Of a stretch of DNA of 64,000 nucleotides, positions 11,950 through 25,383 are shown in pieces (positions within the stretch are counted from its first letter, which is position 1; each line of letters starts with the position of its first letter). This stretch comes from Chara braunii (taxonomy: Eukaryota; Plantae; Charophyceae): the NCBI GenBank assembly GCA_003427395.1, contig BFEA01000018.1, positions 5,922,261 to 5,986,260 on the forward strand, written 5' to 3'. Below the pieces are notes generated by a model. The model worked only from the letters and a program-made list of their open reading frames with translations. It ran no database searches and was not told where the DNA came from. The translations under genes were made by a program, and so were the position numbers.

Positions 11950-14732
11950 TTAAAAAATAAAAAGATGAATCTTCAAAAGAAAATGAAGATGCAGTAAGGG
12001 TTGAACGGTCGCTGAAGGCGGTGAAGCAGGAGGAAAGCGCCTACAACGAGGACCGTCGTCTGACACATCATCTTCTGCGTTTCCTCTGAGGCCTCGTAAT
12101 ACGTTTTTTGAACTGCAACCTCCTGCTCCAGTATATCGCATTGCCTTGTGAGGACGGTGCATTGCCGCTTGCTCGAGGAATCAATTGCCGATGACATGAG
12201 TTGTCCATGGCAGTCCATAATATCGGCGATCGCCTCAAACGTCTATTGACGTGCATTCTTTCTCTTTTCGCTCGTGCCGCTGCTTCCAGCATTGTGGTTG
12301 GAATCCCTGGCTGACGACCGATCCGACGAAAGCATCACCGCCACCTTTGCTCCCCACGGACTCCCCAACTCTAGTTCCTCGCCTCGGCAACTGCACCCCT
12401 TCAGGAGAGCTAGTGTCGGCCACGTTGGGAGGAAAAATAGTGTGATTCCCACCATGCTCGTGCGGATGTCGTCATACAACCTCCTCTCCATTCGGAACTT
12501 GAGGTTGTGCTCCTTATATTCCTCGTTCATCAAGCGGAAAAAACTTATGTCGCAACTCTTCCCCTAGAATCTCAAGATCTTCCTGTAGTTCTGGAACACA
12601 TTGTCCCACTTTCAGAAGCAGTCATCAGCGTCTTTCATAGTCCCCAACGCAGCCAACTGTTTCGCTATGTCCTCCCACATCCACGCCCTCATCCACATCC
12701 GTCCGTAATTACGACCCAGCCCAGCCATGTGCATGCCTCGCTCGAGGAGCATTCGCTCCTCTTTTGTCCAATACGTTGTTGTTTTGTCTCCGTCCTTGGA
12801 AGCGTTGACTTTGCCACCAGAACCGCCGGCTCTTCCACGACCACTGCCTCTCGCGTGCCCTTTCATCCTCCCTGCCCTCTTTCCCAATGGATGAATATCG
12901 ACGTCCTCTTCGTCATCCCCCCCCTCGATGTCCTCTGTGTCTCTGTCGTCGTTGCCATCGTGGTACACCGCATCGTCACTGCCACCATCGCTGCCCACAC
13001 TCCACAAGTGATGTTCTCCACAATTGTCCGCTGCGACAGTGGTGGTCTTCCTGCGTCGTCCTTCTGTTCAGCGATGCCAACGAAAGACGAGCACCACCAA
13101 CACCGACGGGGCCCACTGCAACTCCGACAACGGTGCGGCAGGCGTTTCTGCATCCTTGCATGTTTATCCCGTTCCTGCCATGTTGTCGGGCATTGGGTGA
13201 CGCCAGGGCAGCAGCACTGAGGAGTGAAAGCGCGTGCGACTGGCGACTCCTTGGTATGCGCACTGCGAGGACGGTGATGGCCAGTCGGCGAAGCTTCGGG
13301 GTTGATGATGAAGGTGTGGGTAACTGTTGTCGCACCGCTGGACGACAAGCCAAACCTCAGATCGACCTCCCCGTCGTCATCATCCCCCAACCCTTGAGGC
13401 AAGAGGGATGTGAACTCACCACCTCGATTGTTCCCGCATCCGCCAGCTGCCAACGTCTGCGACCACATCTGCGTCGACCCACTACCCAGAGGTAGTGTTG
13501 CCAGCTCCTCCACTTTCTCTTCCAAATCGTCGTTCGGTGGGGGTAGAGGCTGCTCGTGCGAAGGCAGATGGCTGTACAAGGAGGGGTTGTACCGCCGGCG
13601 AGGAACCACCCCAGATGAGCCTCCTGCGCTCGCGGTCGCCACTTGTCCGCCGACGTTAAAGTTCGCCATTGGTCGTTCAGCGGAGGTCCCTTCCATGGAT
13701 GCGCGACGCTGGCAGCGTTGCTTCGTCGGCCGGAACGCCAAGCACAAATGGAGGAAGAGGACAAACAAGAAGACAACGCCAACCTCTGATACTTGTCTGC
13801 CATGAATCTGCACTTTGGAGGGAGCGTTTTGAACACACAAAGGACAGGGACTCCAGCATGCCGACAGATGCAACTGCAGGTCGTTGATATGGCGCCACCG
13901 CCATGTGCAGAAGAGGTCAGAGGGGAAAGCCACTACTTTGAATTCCAACCGTTGGATGCCCTCCACTGCCTGCAGATCGTCAGTACCAGGATGGTGCAGC
14001 ACCTCTTCCTCCCCCGCGTAACGGTCGACTATGGAGGACAGGGCACCAGCCGCTTGCCGTCCACGGTCGGCTTCGCCTCCCTACCTTCCCCCCTCCTCCC
14101 TTCCCCCCCTCCTCCTCCCCCCCGCCCCCACGGCTAGGGATGGTGGCCCTTGCCTTCATCCCGCCACTGCAGGCCTCCAATGTCCGACCCCTGGGCCGAC
14201 GGACAACTTCTGCACCGTGGAATTGGAGACAGCGGTGCCCTGTGCGCATCGGCGAGCCTTCCTGAAACGCAGCTTCCTAAAAAATAAAGCTCCTCGGGAG
14301 GAGTTTTTTGGGGGGCGGAACTTTTGCCTGGGGACTCCTAAAATTTTCAGGACTCGGAAAAGAAAAAAATAAAATAAAATTTTCAGGACTAGTCCTAAAG
14401 GCGTTTTCACATTTTCTTTCACGAATTCAGTTTTTTTTTTTTTTTGCTTTTGAGAAGGGCGATGGCTTGAGGTATTATCATCGGACTAACCAGCCCAGGT
14501 AAATTTAATCTTGTGTCTAATCTGACTCAGGGTTCCCTTGTTGCCTTCAGGGAACCCCAAATGGGGGACACCGGCCACGGGACAGCCGGTAGCAGAGAGA
14601 CCGAGCACCATCTGAGCGGGCAGTCGCTGTGCCTCCGGATTAGCCCTCCCCCTATGAACAGGAGCAGAGGAATGCGTGTAACCACACTGCATTCCTAAAA
14701 ATACGCATTTTTAGGAGTGTCTAACGAAACCC
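11950..14732 (-). mobile_element. Partial Harbinger family B element (Myb side); left end not seen, assembly gap upstream
   Basis: TIR tttttaggagtgtctaacgaaaccc (14708-14732) and the subterminal sequence match the left end of the 20011 element. Confidence 0.8.
12000..13697 (-). pseudogene. Degenerate Harbinger Myb/SANT ORF
   Basis: YWTKEERMLL..WMWEDIAKQLAALGTMKDADDCF*KWDNVFQNYRKI..FFRLMNEEYKEHNLKFRMERRLYD, broken by stops and frameshifts. Confidence 0.8.
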
Positions 14733-15544
14733 ATAGCTTAGGTCTATAATTCGATACAATAATTTTAGAGGCCTCGTCTCACCGGTGGGTAAAGGTGAAA
14801 TTATCTATTGATAATTCGATACAATAATGTTAGAGGCCTCGTCACACCAGTCAGGAAGAGAGAAGAATGGGAGTGCATTTTCCCCAACGAACTGTAAAGA
14901 TTCATCCATGACTGTGAACAGTAACCGATGTATCTTGCCATCTCATGCGGGAAGATGCACTCGCAATGTTCAATTTTCTCATTTCGTGAGTGGTGTGGCG
15001 AGGACCATTGGCTCGTGGAATAAATCGTGGAAGGGAAAAAAAATAAAAAAAATAAAAAATCGTGGTGGAATCAGATGGAAACAAATGTGTTAAATGCCGA
15101 GTGTACTTCGACGTACAAAAGCGGAAAGATACACTCGCCCGCCATTTTTGTCTTTCTCACACGTTCCCAGCAGCGGTACACCAAACTCTCTCCCTGTTAT
15201 TTTTGTAATTATTCTTTTTCGGAGCTCTTTCCTGACGGCATACTCCCATCAGTAGGATTTTTTCCCTCCAGCCCGTAATTAGAGCCAGGTTCATCCGCAA
15301 CAGGCATACTACTGGTAGCAGTGGGTTGAGAAAGGCCTGAGCAAAGGCCATCACCACATCACACTCGAAATGTGCAAAACGAGAATGAACTTCTCGTTAG
15401 AACACGGCCAGGTGCCCTTGCCACATTTTTGTCGTTTTCACATTTCGAGAACGCTGGACCCGGCCGGTTTCCAGCTGGTGCCGCTCCCCACCAATACATG
15501 GAGGAGCCCGACAGAGAAACCCTCAATCCCGACGGTTCTCAGGA

Positions 15545-15745
15545 TAGTGGGCCTTTTTTTTTTTTTTTTTTTTTTTTAAGGCTAATTCTTTTGAGCCCAA
15601 CCAATCCAATTACCTGGACAGGACGGCCTTTCAGGCCTTGATTTTTTTTTGTTTTTTTTTTTGTGTGTAGTGGGCTTTACACAAGGGCTATTCTTTCAAA
15701 AAAAAAAAGAAAAAAAAAGGGAGTGGTGTGGCGAGGCCCAAAGTC
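15545..15745 (+). promoter_or_regulatory. Cluster of site II-like (TGGGCY/RGCCCA) motifs upstream of TPI
   Basis: tgggcc ~15548, agccca ~15594, tgggct ~15671 and ggccca ~15735, all 200-400 bp before the ATG. Typical of plant housekeeping promoters. Confidence 0.4.
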
Positions 15746-15953
15746 TGGCGCGCGAACCCACCTGTAGGGGAGTAGAATAGAATATATTCTTCAGAGATTC
15801 ACTCTCGTCTTCACATCGCCGCCGCTCTTCTATCGTCTTCCGCTCTTCTCCCCGCCATATCCGAAGCTCGCGCTCTCGGGCTCGCCGTCATCGCTACCGC
15901 CCGCCACTGCGTGACCGCGACTCGGAGCAAGCGACACAATCAACAGCAAGAAA

Positions 15954-16721
15954 ATGGCGCGGAAGTTTTTCGTCGGCGGCAACTGGAAGTGCAATGGCAC
16001 CCTGGAGAGTGTTTCGAAGCTGGTCGATACGTTGAATGCGGGCGCGATTGTGTCGACTGACATCGTGGAGGTGGTGGTTGCTCCTCCGTTCATCCACCTC
16101 CCGCTGGTGAAGGATCGCCTGAGGAAGGAGATCCAGGTGTCTGCTCAGAACTGCTGGGTGAAAAAGGGCGGGGCGTACACCGGCGAGGTCAGCGCGGAGC
16201 AATTGGTTGACCTCGGTATTCCCTATGTCATCCTTGGGCACTCCGAGAGGCGGCATATAATGAAGGAAAGCCATGACTTTGTCGGGCAGAAGTGCGCCTA
16301 TGCGCTCAGCAAGGGGTTGAAGGTGATCGCGTGTATCGGAGAGACGCTGGAGGAGAGAGAGGCCGGCGACACTATAAAGGTGTGCGCGGAGCAATTGACC
16401 GCCATCAAGGAGGCCATCGGAGAGAACTGGAGCGAGGTGGTCGTTGCGTACGAGCCTGTGTGGGCAATCGGCACGGGGAAGGTAGCGACGCCTGAGCAGG
16501 CCGAGGAGGTGCACGCGGAGCTGAGGAAATGGCTGGCGGAGAACGTCAGCGCGGAAGTTGCGGAGGCCACGCGCATTCTGTACGGAGGCTCTGTGACGGC
16601 CGGCAACTGCAAGGAGCTGGCCAAGAAGCCGAATGTCGATGGCTTCCTCGTTGGCGGTGCCGCGCTCAAGCCCGAGTTCATTGATATCATCAACTCCGCC
16701 CAGAGTAAGGTGGCAGCCTAG
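15954..16721 (+). CDS. TPI: Cytosolic triosephosphate isomerase, intronless
   Basis: 255 aa starting [15 protein letters not shown]. Contains [34 protein letters not shown] and DGFLVGGA. Catalytic K, H and E intact; no transit peptide. Confidence 0.98.
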   Translation: MARKFFVGGNWKCNGTLESVSKLVDTLNAGAIVSTDIVEVVVAPPFIHLPLVKDRLRKEIQVSAQNCWVKKGGAYTGEVSAEQLVDLGIPYVILGHSERRHIMKESHDFVGQKCAYALSKGLKVIACIGETLEEREAGDTIKVCAEQLTAIKEAIGENWSEVVVAYEPVWAIGTGKVATPEQAEEVHAELRKWLAENVSAEVAEATRILYGGSVTAGNCKELAKKPNVDGFLVGGAALKPEFIDIINSAQSKVAA

Positions 16722-16775
16722 AGATAGGTAGATAGATAGATATTCGATAGATAGATGAGTGAATGTGTGTACTAG

Positions 16776-16779
<4 letters not shown>

Positions 16780-16811
<32 letters not shown>

Positions 16812-16885
16812 GGCAGATTCATGTTCGGTGGATCTAGTTGGAAAGATTTCGGGGTTCGTTTATAGCCGAACGATTTTGGTTTCAG

Positions 16886-16935
<50 letters not shown>

Positions 16936-17010
16936 GATTCGTGTCCACTGGATCTAGTTGGAAAGATTACGGGGTTTTATAGTCGAACGATTTTGGTTTC
17001 CGGCTTTGAG
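16780..17010. repeat. (GA)n-anchored tandem duplication 3' of TPI
   Basis: Two copies of (GA)n-tggcagattc..ggatctagttggaaagatt..cgaacgattttggtttc. Confidence 0.75.
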
Positions 17011-17710
17011 AAGCAATCGGACTCTTTCGAGATTTCGGGATTCATTTATAGTCGAACGATTTTTTTCCTTTCCATTTTCGAGAATGTGTTTGTATCGTCT
17101 GACTCATTGGATCTAGTTTTTTTTTTTTCTCTGTTCCCACTGTTGTTCTTTGGATTTCGGATTCGTTTCGACACCTGAGGATGAAGCACACAAGAGCACA
17201 CGAAGCATGTGCACCAATACAGCTGTCGCGACTCGAGAGCAATAAGTGATGCCGAAAAAGAGAATACCATCCACACACTGGTACCGACGCACCCTCGTTT
17301 CGACCCCTGAGGATGGTACGCAGCAGCGGGTGTCGTCGGCTTGCGTGAATGTTCAGCGGTCGAAAGGAGGGTGCGTCGGTACCAAGCCCTGAGGATCCGG
17401 CCATCCTCAGGGCTCGTCGACGGGTTGAGACTCAGCAGCGGTGTCGTCGGCTTGCGTGACTGTTCTTCATGCTCAATTCGTTTCGCTGCTTTCGCATAAC
17501 CTGCGCCCGGATTTTTGCTATTGTGGTCTCTGGGTAATGTCTTTCTTGTCTCTCTTCGTCTTGTCTTGTCCCCCTTTTTTTTTTTTTTTTTTTTTTTTTC
17601 CCTTCCCGGAACCCCTTTTTTGTTCCCCCTGTCAGAACGCCCTCTTCCCGGAACCCCTAGACCGAAGCTAAGGGGTGCGTCTGGCGAAACAGCCCCCCCC
17701 GCCCCCCCTA

Positions 17711-17815
17711 CCGTCTTCCCCCGAACATAACGCACCCTAAAAATGAATTTATCGAAGCTATATTTCCGGCCAGATACAGCCAAAATAAGGGTGCGTTGTG
17801 TTCGGGGGAAGACGG
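17711..17815. mobile_element. Tc1/mariner(pogo)-type MITE
   Basis: TIR CCGTCTTCCCCCGAACAYAACGCACCCT with TA on both sides. Confidence 0.8.
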
Positions 17816-18532
17816 TAGTATTCGCACTCTGGTTTAGATGGTCAGAGGGTCTCCGTTCATCATCCAGGTTGAGTGAGTCGCCTGTATTCGTAGATACAGC
17901 AAAGTGTACGACCTACAGAACAGATCCTTGTCTTGTCCTTGGGCATAGCTGCACTACTCTCGACATGCACAAACGACAAAAATCATGGGGCCGTATCTCG
18001 CCATGTTTCTAGCGAAGATTCACTCTCGTTTTGCGCATTTCGAGAGTAGTGCAGCGAGGCCCCTTATCCTGTGTGTTACTATGTTCACAGGCCGAAATGG
18101 GACTGGAAACAGATTAAGAAAAAAAAAAAATTTTTTTTTTTTTTTTTTTTTTTGAAGGCGAAGCTACGGGGGAGTCACAAAAAGAGTTTGTAAAATACAG
18201 TTTGGGCAAAAAACAGTTTCAAATTGCACTTCGGGCAATGTATACAAGCTACCTTTCCGGTCAGGTAGGGTTGCGTGGGGGCGTGTTGTGTTCCCGGGAA
18301 TGGCCGAATTGTAAATTTCAAACTGTTTTTGTGATCCTCAGTACGTGCTGTGGAACAAGCCCCACCCATACTCCCTCCTCCCCTACCCCTACCGGTAGGT
18401 CCCATAACATGATAGGTCCGCTACCGAAAGCTCAGAGGGAAGAAGAGAAGGTCCCGGAAGACCAGACGGGCCGCCGCGTCTTTGGGACGACCGGGTCCAT
18501 GATTGATGTCCAATCATGAAAACACAGAGTAA

Positions 18533-19012
18533 GGTTTGGACCCCACAGGTTTCCGCCTGGAAAAGCAGTTTTCCCTTGGAAAACGGGGGAACGATTTCGG
18601 AAACCTTGGAAATGCTTTTTCCGGGAACCCATCGGAGAGGATAAAATGCCCTTGGAAGACCCTTTGTTAATCAGTTGAGCCAATCGCTGCCCTTTTCCGT
18701 TGGCCCTCGTTTATTTTGTTCTTTTTGCCTTTTCCGAGACTTTTCCAGGAACGACATGCCCTCCCTCCTACCCTCAACAGTCTGCACAAAATCGCGGCGA
18801 CTTTTCCTCCCGCGGTGGTTTCCAGGTTGGAAACCGAGTGAAAACACGACAGGGGGCGTTTCCGAGGCCGCGTTTCCGGGTGTGTGGGGTTCCGGAAGCA
18901 GGCTTTTGGAAAACGAAAACGGCCTTCCACGGACTTTGCGCAAGCCTGTGGGTTACCGGAAAACTTTCCGCGGCAAAGTTTTTCCAAGGCGGAAACCTGT
19001 GGGGTCCAAGCC
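18533..19012. mobile_element. Tourist-like MITE related to Harbinger family A
   Basis: TIR GG(T/C)TTGGACCCCACAGGTTTCCGCCT. TAA TSD at 18530-32 and 19013-15. Confidence 0.92.
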
Positions 19013-19111
19013 TAATCCCTTACAGGCTTTCCTTGATCCGCCCCGTTTTCCCCTTTCCAGACTGCAGTTGCCATCTTGACCCCTTTTTTATTATTATTAT
19101 TATTATTATTA

Positions 19112-19142
<31 letters not shown>

Positions 19143-19387
19143 AAACAACACGAGCGGCTGCTAGGGGTGCTGCTAAGAGCAGACACCACTAGCACCATCG
19201 GGGAGGCTACATCTATTGGTGGGGAGCAGCAGCTGCTGGAAACTGGGGCCATCCTGCCCCCTTGTTTCCCCCCCATCCCATATTTACAGAATCTGCGGAA
19301 GCTTGCTAGATTTTTTTTTTTAATCAACCCTAGTATAATTTCATTTCATAATCAAACTTGGAGGCTGGGGATCTCCACATTACTCCC

Positions 19388-19555
19388 GGGCCGAGGTCCC
19401 ACTAGAGAAGAGGATTGGATTGAACGCCTGAATCTGGACGCGTTTGTGCAAAGGTGCAGAATATGGAGCTTGAACTGCCTTTACGAATCTCTGCTTGAAA
19501 CACGTCCAGATTCAGGGGCTTAATCCAATCCTCTTTGCTAGTGGGACCTCGGCCC
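19388..19555. mobile_element. Foldback MITE (related copy at ~43770-43905)
   Basis: ggtcccactagagaagaggattggattgaacgcctgaatctggacg pairs with cgtccagattcaggggcttaatccaatcctctttgctagtgggacc. Confidence 0.7.
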
Positions 19556-19679
19556 CGTCAAAGTATACTGGGAGCATCATCCAGCTTAGCTTACCGGTAA
19601 AAACCTGCAGGCTTTAGCTAATAGACTTTGCAGGTCTGGGGCTGCATCCTAGTCTACCCTACTGCCTACCCACTTACTA

Positions 19680-19784
19680 CTGTCTTCCCCCGAACACAAC
19701 GCACCCTCGTTTTGTCTGTATCTTGCCGTAAATATAGCTTGTATTCATTCATTTTTAGGGTGCGTTATGTTCGGGGGAAGACAG
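19680..19784. mobile_element. Second copy (inverted) of the 17711 MITE
   Basis: Same TIR and TA flanks; the core is the reverse complement of the 17711 copy. Confidence 0.8.
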
Positions 19785-20010
19785 TAGTCTAGCGTTCCAC
19801 AAAAATACTATCCTGCAACCACCGCCTATCAATTGCTTGCTTGAATTTCAGTTGTATCCGCTTGCTTGAGTTGCAGTTTTTGGGTTTAAAAATGTAAGTT
19901 TGTCTTTTATTAGATCCCATTATACAGTTAAGTTGTGTTGCGGGTGCACGTGAGCGTGCAGAAATAAAGAATAAGAAAGGGAAAAAGAAAAGGAATCAGG
20001 ATTTCACTTA

Positions 20011-21894
20011 GGGTCTCATTAGACACTCCTAAAAATGCCTGTTTTTAGGATTGCATCCTCGTTGCACACAGTCCTAAAACGAAATCGGAGATCGGAAATG
20101 TGAAAAACGGCGTTAGAACGAGTCCTAAAAGATTTAGGATTCCCCAGGCAAAATCGTCCTAAATTTTCCAGTAGCCCCCGACCTACTGAAAAATTAAGGA
20201 TTCCCGTGTTTCACAGAGTCGTTGCGTCGCGCGCATGGCACCGTGGAGACTCGTTGGTGGTCCAGAAGCAGTCCGTCGAGTCGGTGGTCGGACATTGGAG
20301 GTTTTCTGCGGCTTGACGCGGGCAACGGCCACACACAGTAGCCGTTGGCAGAGGGGGTGGAGCGCGGAGGGCCGAGCGTCGGCAGGTGGTTGCCCGTACA
20401 GGACCGTTGGGTCGCTTGCGAGATGCGGAGTGGGACGTCGACGTGCGCAGGACGACAGACGGAGCCGCTTCAGGCAGCGCGCACCGCAACGGTCGAATTT
20501 CAAAAGGAAGGCGGGCGTGTTCCTCGTCTCCTGTGGTGGTTGTCCGCATATGAAGGTCGAGCGCCCCTGTCGCGGGGATGTCGGAACACAAATCTGCAGT
20601 GGTCACGTGCGAGGGCGGCTGCAGTGAATTTCATGGCCGACGTGCCAAGGAGATTGCCTCTGCTGGTACTCGTTGTCGTCGTCTTCCTGATTGTCGTTTT
20701 CCTCTACGTGTGTTTTTCGTGGCGGCCGTGGAAACAACAATGAAAGTGGAGGGCTTCGACGAGATGGGCGGCAGGCGTCCATGTGGATTATGCGCATGGC
20801 GGGAGATGATCCGCGCAGTCACTACGAAGCGTTTTACTTCGCGGATCTCGTCGCCAGGCCGACACTAATCGCCTCCATGCATCAGTCCTTCGATCATCGA
20901 CGATCCGTCGTCCGCGCCGCGAACGTCGTAACGAGAGGCTTGGGAAGGCGAAAGTCACGCTCGGAGTGTACCCCGACTACATCCCTGATTGAGCACCATC
21001 CGGCATCGGATTTGCGCATGACGTGACCATCAAGGGGCTGGAGGATGCAAAGAGGCTGGATTGGTTGGGTTCGGGCCCCGCCGATGATGACATCAAAGGC
21101 GAAGGAAAAGACGACGCATAAGGCAGGCTGGTATGCGGGGGGAGAGCGGGGAGACAGCGCTTCTAAGAACGAAGGCGCATGTACGCGTGGCAAGACGTGA
21201 CGGGCTGTCGTGTGATTGGAGTGTCGTGCGTGGCGCAGCTGATTAGCGTGTGGGCCGCCGGGACTCGCCAGAATCCTCCGTCATTATTGTGCACAGGTTT
21301 GCTGTGGCGCCCGTGGCATAAGCACGGGTTGATTCAGTTCGATTGTGTCATTGTAGTTTCGGTGGTTAGCATTTTCGCCGGAGGGATTTGGCTGAATCTT
21401 CGACAGTGGCGTAGGTGTTTAGTGTGCGGCCAGTAGCGCCAGCACGCGAATGAATGGTTTGCACCTTTGTTTTTCGGGTTTTTTTTTTTTTTTTTTATCT
21501 TTTTATTTCTGTGTTCAGCGCACGTGGTTGTTTTATCAATGCATGGTGCTCCTCGTTGTATCGGACGATTTGAAGCGCGTGGCGGTTGATTGTTGTTTGC
21601 CTTTTTGCGATGCGTGTGACAACTCTCACGACTCTGTCATATGTCGGTGTCATGAATGTGGTAATGTCTTTTGTGGGACACAAATGTCCTTGTCTGCGTT
21701 TCACTTGTTCTTGTTCTTCGTATTGGCTTCACGACATGCAATAGACATGCGATGATCACGGATAGAGAGAATGCATGACGGGATCGTATAGAAGCTTGTT
21801 GTACATGTCATCCCACCACAGCAGCACACGAAACCGGTCATGCAAACTGAAATGAAGATATGCACCAAGAAACGATAAAGATAATCAACATTTC

Positions 21895-21972
<78 letters not shown>

Positions 21973-24289
21973 AGCAACAACCATGTTTCCCATCGCACGA
22001 CACCGTTCATCACAAACGATTTTAAGACAGGAAACATATATAACAAGACAAAAGCTCCTGACGACGAGAACACACACTGGCAAAAAAAAGGTTCTTCCAA
22101 TCTTTAAACTTCGCACAACTATGCGAACCAGGTAGCCATCAACAACATGAAAACGATAATCTGAAATCGTCGATGACAATCATGCCGCCGTTCCATCGAC
22201 CAACCAACCACGCGCACAACGACCATGGACACGGACCACGTAATAACTCCAGCGGCCTACCGATCGAACCATCCCGTGTGCACCACCTCCCTACCGCACG
22301 GTCCTACATCAAAGTTAGGCGGTCTCGCAGTGCATCCCTCAACAATTCACCTTCCACGTTCGTGCACCGTCCCCGCCCGCGAGCGTCGTTCCCCACAATG
22401 CCCAAGTCCACTCTACGCCGAACGCCATTCGCATCCACCTCCCACAGAAGGTTCTCGTCGAAGTCGATGCCCGCGTCCAGGAGGATATATGTGGAGAGTG
22501 CAGACAACCACGAATTGCTGTGGCAAGGTCTCTAGGTTCGTCTTATGGGTGCGCAAGAACAGACGCCACATGCACTTGAGTCGGCCGAATGCCCTCTCCA
22601 CACACCCCCGTGCCACCTTTTGCCGCGTGTCGAAGCGTTCCTCGTCAGCACCTTGGTCAATTCCTCCGTACGGCGACACAATCCACGGACAGGCAACTGG
22701 ATAACCGTTGTCGCCTAGCAGGTAGCCTCGCGTGACGACACCATGCGGCAGATTCTCCGGAGTTGCGTCGAACAGCTCGCCACTTTCTGCACGCCTAAAC
22801 AACTGGGAATTGTGCAGGACACGGACGTCGTGCACACTTCCAGGGTATCCCACGTGGACGTCGAGGATTCGCAAATCCAAATCCACAACCACCTGCGCCT
22901 GCACGGAGAACTTCTGTTTGCGGTCGTAGTAATTCTCGGAAGGTGCGCCGATGGGCTTGTCAATGTATGTGTGTGTGCAGTCGATAGCACCGAAGCAGTT
23001 TGGGAAACCCTTCTCACGGAAAGCGCGCAAAATCTGCGCACGTCTCCTGCCCATTGGCCACTTTATCGCATCGGGGTACTCCTGCAGCAGCGTCGAAGTG
23101 ACGTCGCGGACGACCTGCAGTCCAGTTGCCCTGCCGATGTCAAATGCTGACGTGCCGCTCTCGTACGTCTCTCCGGACGCCCACCTGTATAAAGCGAAAG
23201 CAATCAGCTGCTCCACTGGCAATGGCATTCGATAGTGCGTCACCTTCTTCTCCATGTACGCGGCGCACGCGGCTACGATGTGGTTGAACATGGCCGTCGA
23301 CATGCGCAGCTTCTGCTGGAAGTACTCGTCCGTCACGTCGTCCCGAAGCCGGAGGTCCTCCCATGTCCCGCCAGTCCGTCGTTTGATCCACCATCGCGGA
23401 GTCTGCCGCGGGAAAACGCCAGACGTCACCGCGACACACAACTGGACGATTGCCTCACACGTCGCCTCGCAATCCGGCGCCTCTGCAACGCTCTGCAACA
23501 GCGCTCTTCGTTGCCGGAGCCGCGTCAGCATGTCGCGCGACGAGGACTCCTTGTCGCCCATCGTGTTCACGACGACGACAGTCACCGCCATCGCCACGAC
23601 GTCGATCTCTTCTTCGCGTACACCGTTTGAGCAGCCATGACTGTCCATCTCTGCCAATCCTCACACAGTTTGCCACGTCACGCCTTCGACAACCGCCTCA
23701 GAGACGCCCACCGCGGAACCCTGCGGTAGTAGAGAAACAACGCCGGAGTCCACGATGGCAACGCTGTTGTACAATGGCACACGAGACGGACACACGTCCG
23801 GTGCTCCACGCTTCCAAAGGACAGTACGCACGCCAGAGGCGAACGTGCGGCTCACACAATCATGTGCACGCTCCTCGCAAGTTGCGTATACTCGAAAGAT
23901 GGATTCCACGCGGCGAACGGCAGGGAGGCGCCGTATTTTTCAGGTCACACGCGTCGGCAGGGAGGCGCCGTCTTTTTCACGGCGCACGCGTCCGCGAGAA
24001 TTCGAATTCAAAATTTTGAAATTCTGGGGAACCGCACTTTTCACCGATCCGTCGACTCCCGCCCAAGGCCCACCGCATTCTGTACCACGGACACCGCCGA
24101 GGAATGGACGGACATCGGCGGCGCGGCTGCGTATACGCGTATGAAAACGGGCCGCGGGGAACCTTTTAGGACGAGTCCTAAAAGATGATTTTTAGGACTG
24201 CGTGTAACGACGCCGCACGAAATCCTAAAAAAACTTTAGGAATCGTCCTAAAAATTTTAGGATTCTTTTAGGAGTGTCTAACGAGACCC
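20011..24289. mobile_element. PIF/Harbinger DNA transposon, family B
   Basis: TIR GGGTCTCRTTAGACACTCCTAAAA. TTA TSD at 20008-10 and 24290-92. Subterminal (G/A)TCCTAAAA repeats. No intact Myb ORF. Confidence 0.95.
22304..23648 (-). pseudogene. Harbinger transposase with a C-terminal frameshift
   Basis: GFPNCFGAIDCTH, YYDRKQKFS, GSVHDVRV, YLLGDNGYP, VERAFGRLKCMWR. The expected LHNILL is shifted by an extra base near 22487; the tail ILLDAGIDFDENLL.. continues in another frame to 22304. Confidence 0.9.
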
Positions 24290-25281
24290 TTAGGCTATGG
24301 CTATGTCGATTGCTGGAGCCTCTCCCCAGGTGCTTGCGGTGTCTGCCCTTATCTGCACCACTAAAAAAAAAAAAAAAAAAAGGCTATGGCTATGTCTGTG
24401 CTATGCAAGGACATGAGGGGACTGTGACTGCTCTTTTGATTTTTTTCCTTTCTTGACGGACTCCTCCTGTTTATAAAGCCCAGGTTTTTGTAGAGGTGGG
24501 ATACTAGACAGATGGCAGTCACCCACAGTCCTCCGCCACTCTGTTGTCCAGATGAACCCCTCTGAAGACACCACTCACCTTTCCTCTCATCTTGTTGCCC
24601 TGGTGCACCCCCACTCCCCCTGTCCTGCCCTACTAGTGCTAACCATCTTGGCGGGGTGGCCTGCCCAGACAGCAGTTGCAGGCACCCCAGGCGAACTTGG
24701 AAGTCCATACCTAGCTCCCAAAGTCCCCGTGCAATCAGGTTTGCACGACATATGGGGCTGAGCAGGGCAGGGTTAGTGCTAATGTGGTTGGTAAGCTAAA
24801 CAACTTTTACAATAGGGTTAGGGTTCCACTCCCAGGTGGGGATTTCGCTGGGGCCAAGGTTTTCCAGGTTGTTCAACTTGAAGTGGGTGAGATTAATTTT
24901 ACAGGGTAAGGATTGTTCCAATGCTCACAGGCAAGACACTATTGGCTACTACCATCTTCACCCGAATATAATGCCGCGTCATTATAGCTGTATTTGGGAC
25001 ACTTTTCAGTCCAGGTGCAGCGACAGTAGGCTAACATTCAAGTTGGACCCCATGGAATGGAAAAGGGGTCTGAGCCCACTCTTTTTTGGGGGGGTTGGCT
25101 AGGGTGCAGTCACTATTTCAGTTTTAAATCCAGCTCAGGCATCCCTCGAATACCCGACCCTAAAGCTGGGTTGTATACATTCACGATTTTCTTTGGTTTG
25201 GCACAACATTTGCCAATCATACTAACTACTTGCAAAAAAAAAAAAACCTGTAAAACAGCAAGGCAAAAGTGCACTTTCATG

Positions 25282-25383
25282 AAATTTTGCCAAATTCTCG
25301 ATTTATGCGTGTCATCCTTGCGCAGGGGCCATGCTAATCTTCTCTGTATCGTTCCAGTTTTAACGGATGTCTCGAAGGACAAC
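25282..25383 (-). ncRNA. U6: Full-length U6 snRNA copy with substitutions (gene or pseudogene)
   Basis: Reverse complement reads gttgtccttcgagacatccgttaaaactggaacgatacagagaagattagcatggcccctgcgcaaggatgacacgcataaatcgagaatttggcaaaattt. ACAGAGA box intact; the 3' end is altered. Confidence 0.85.
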
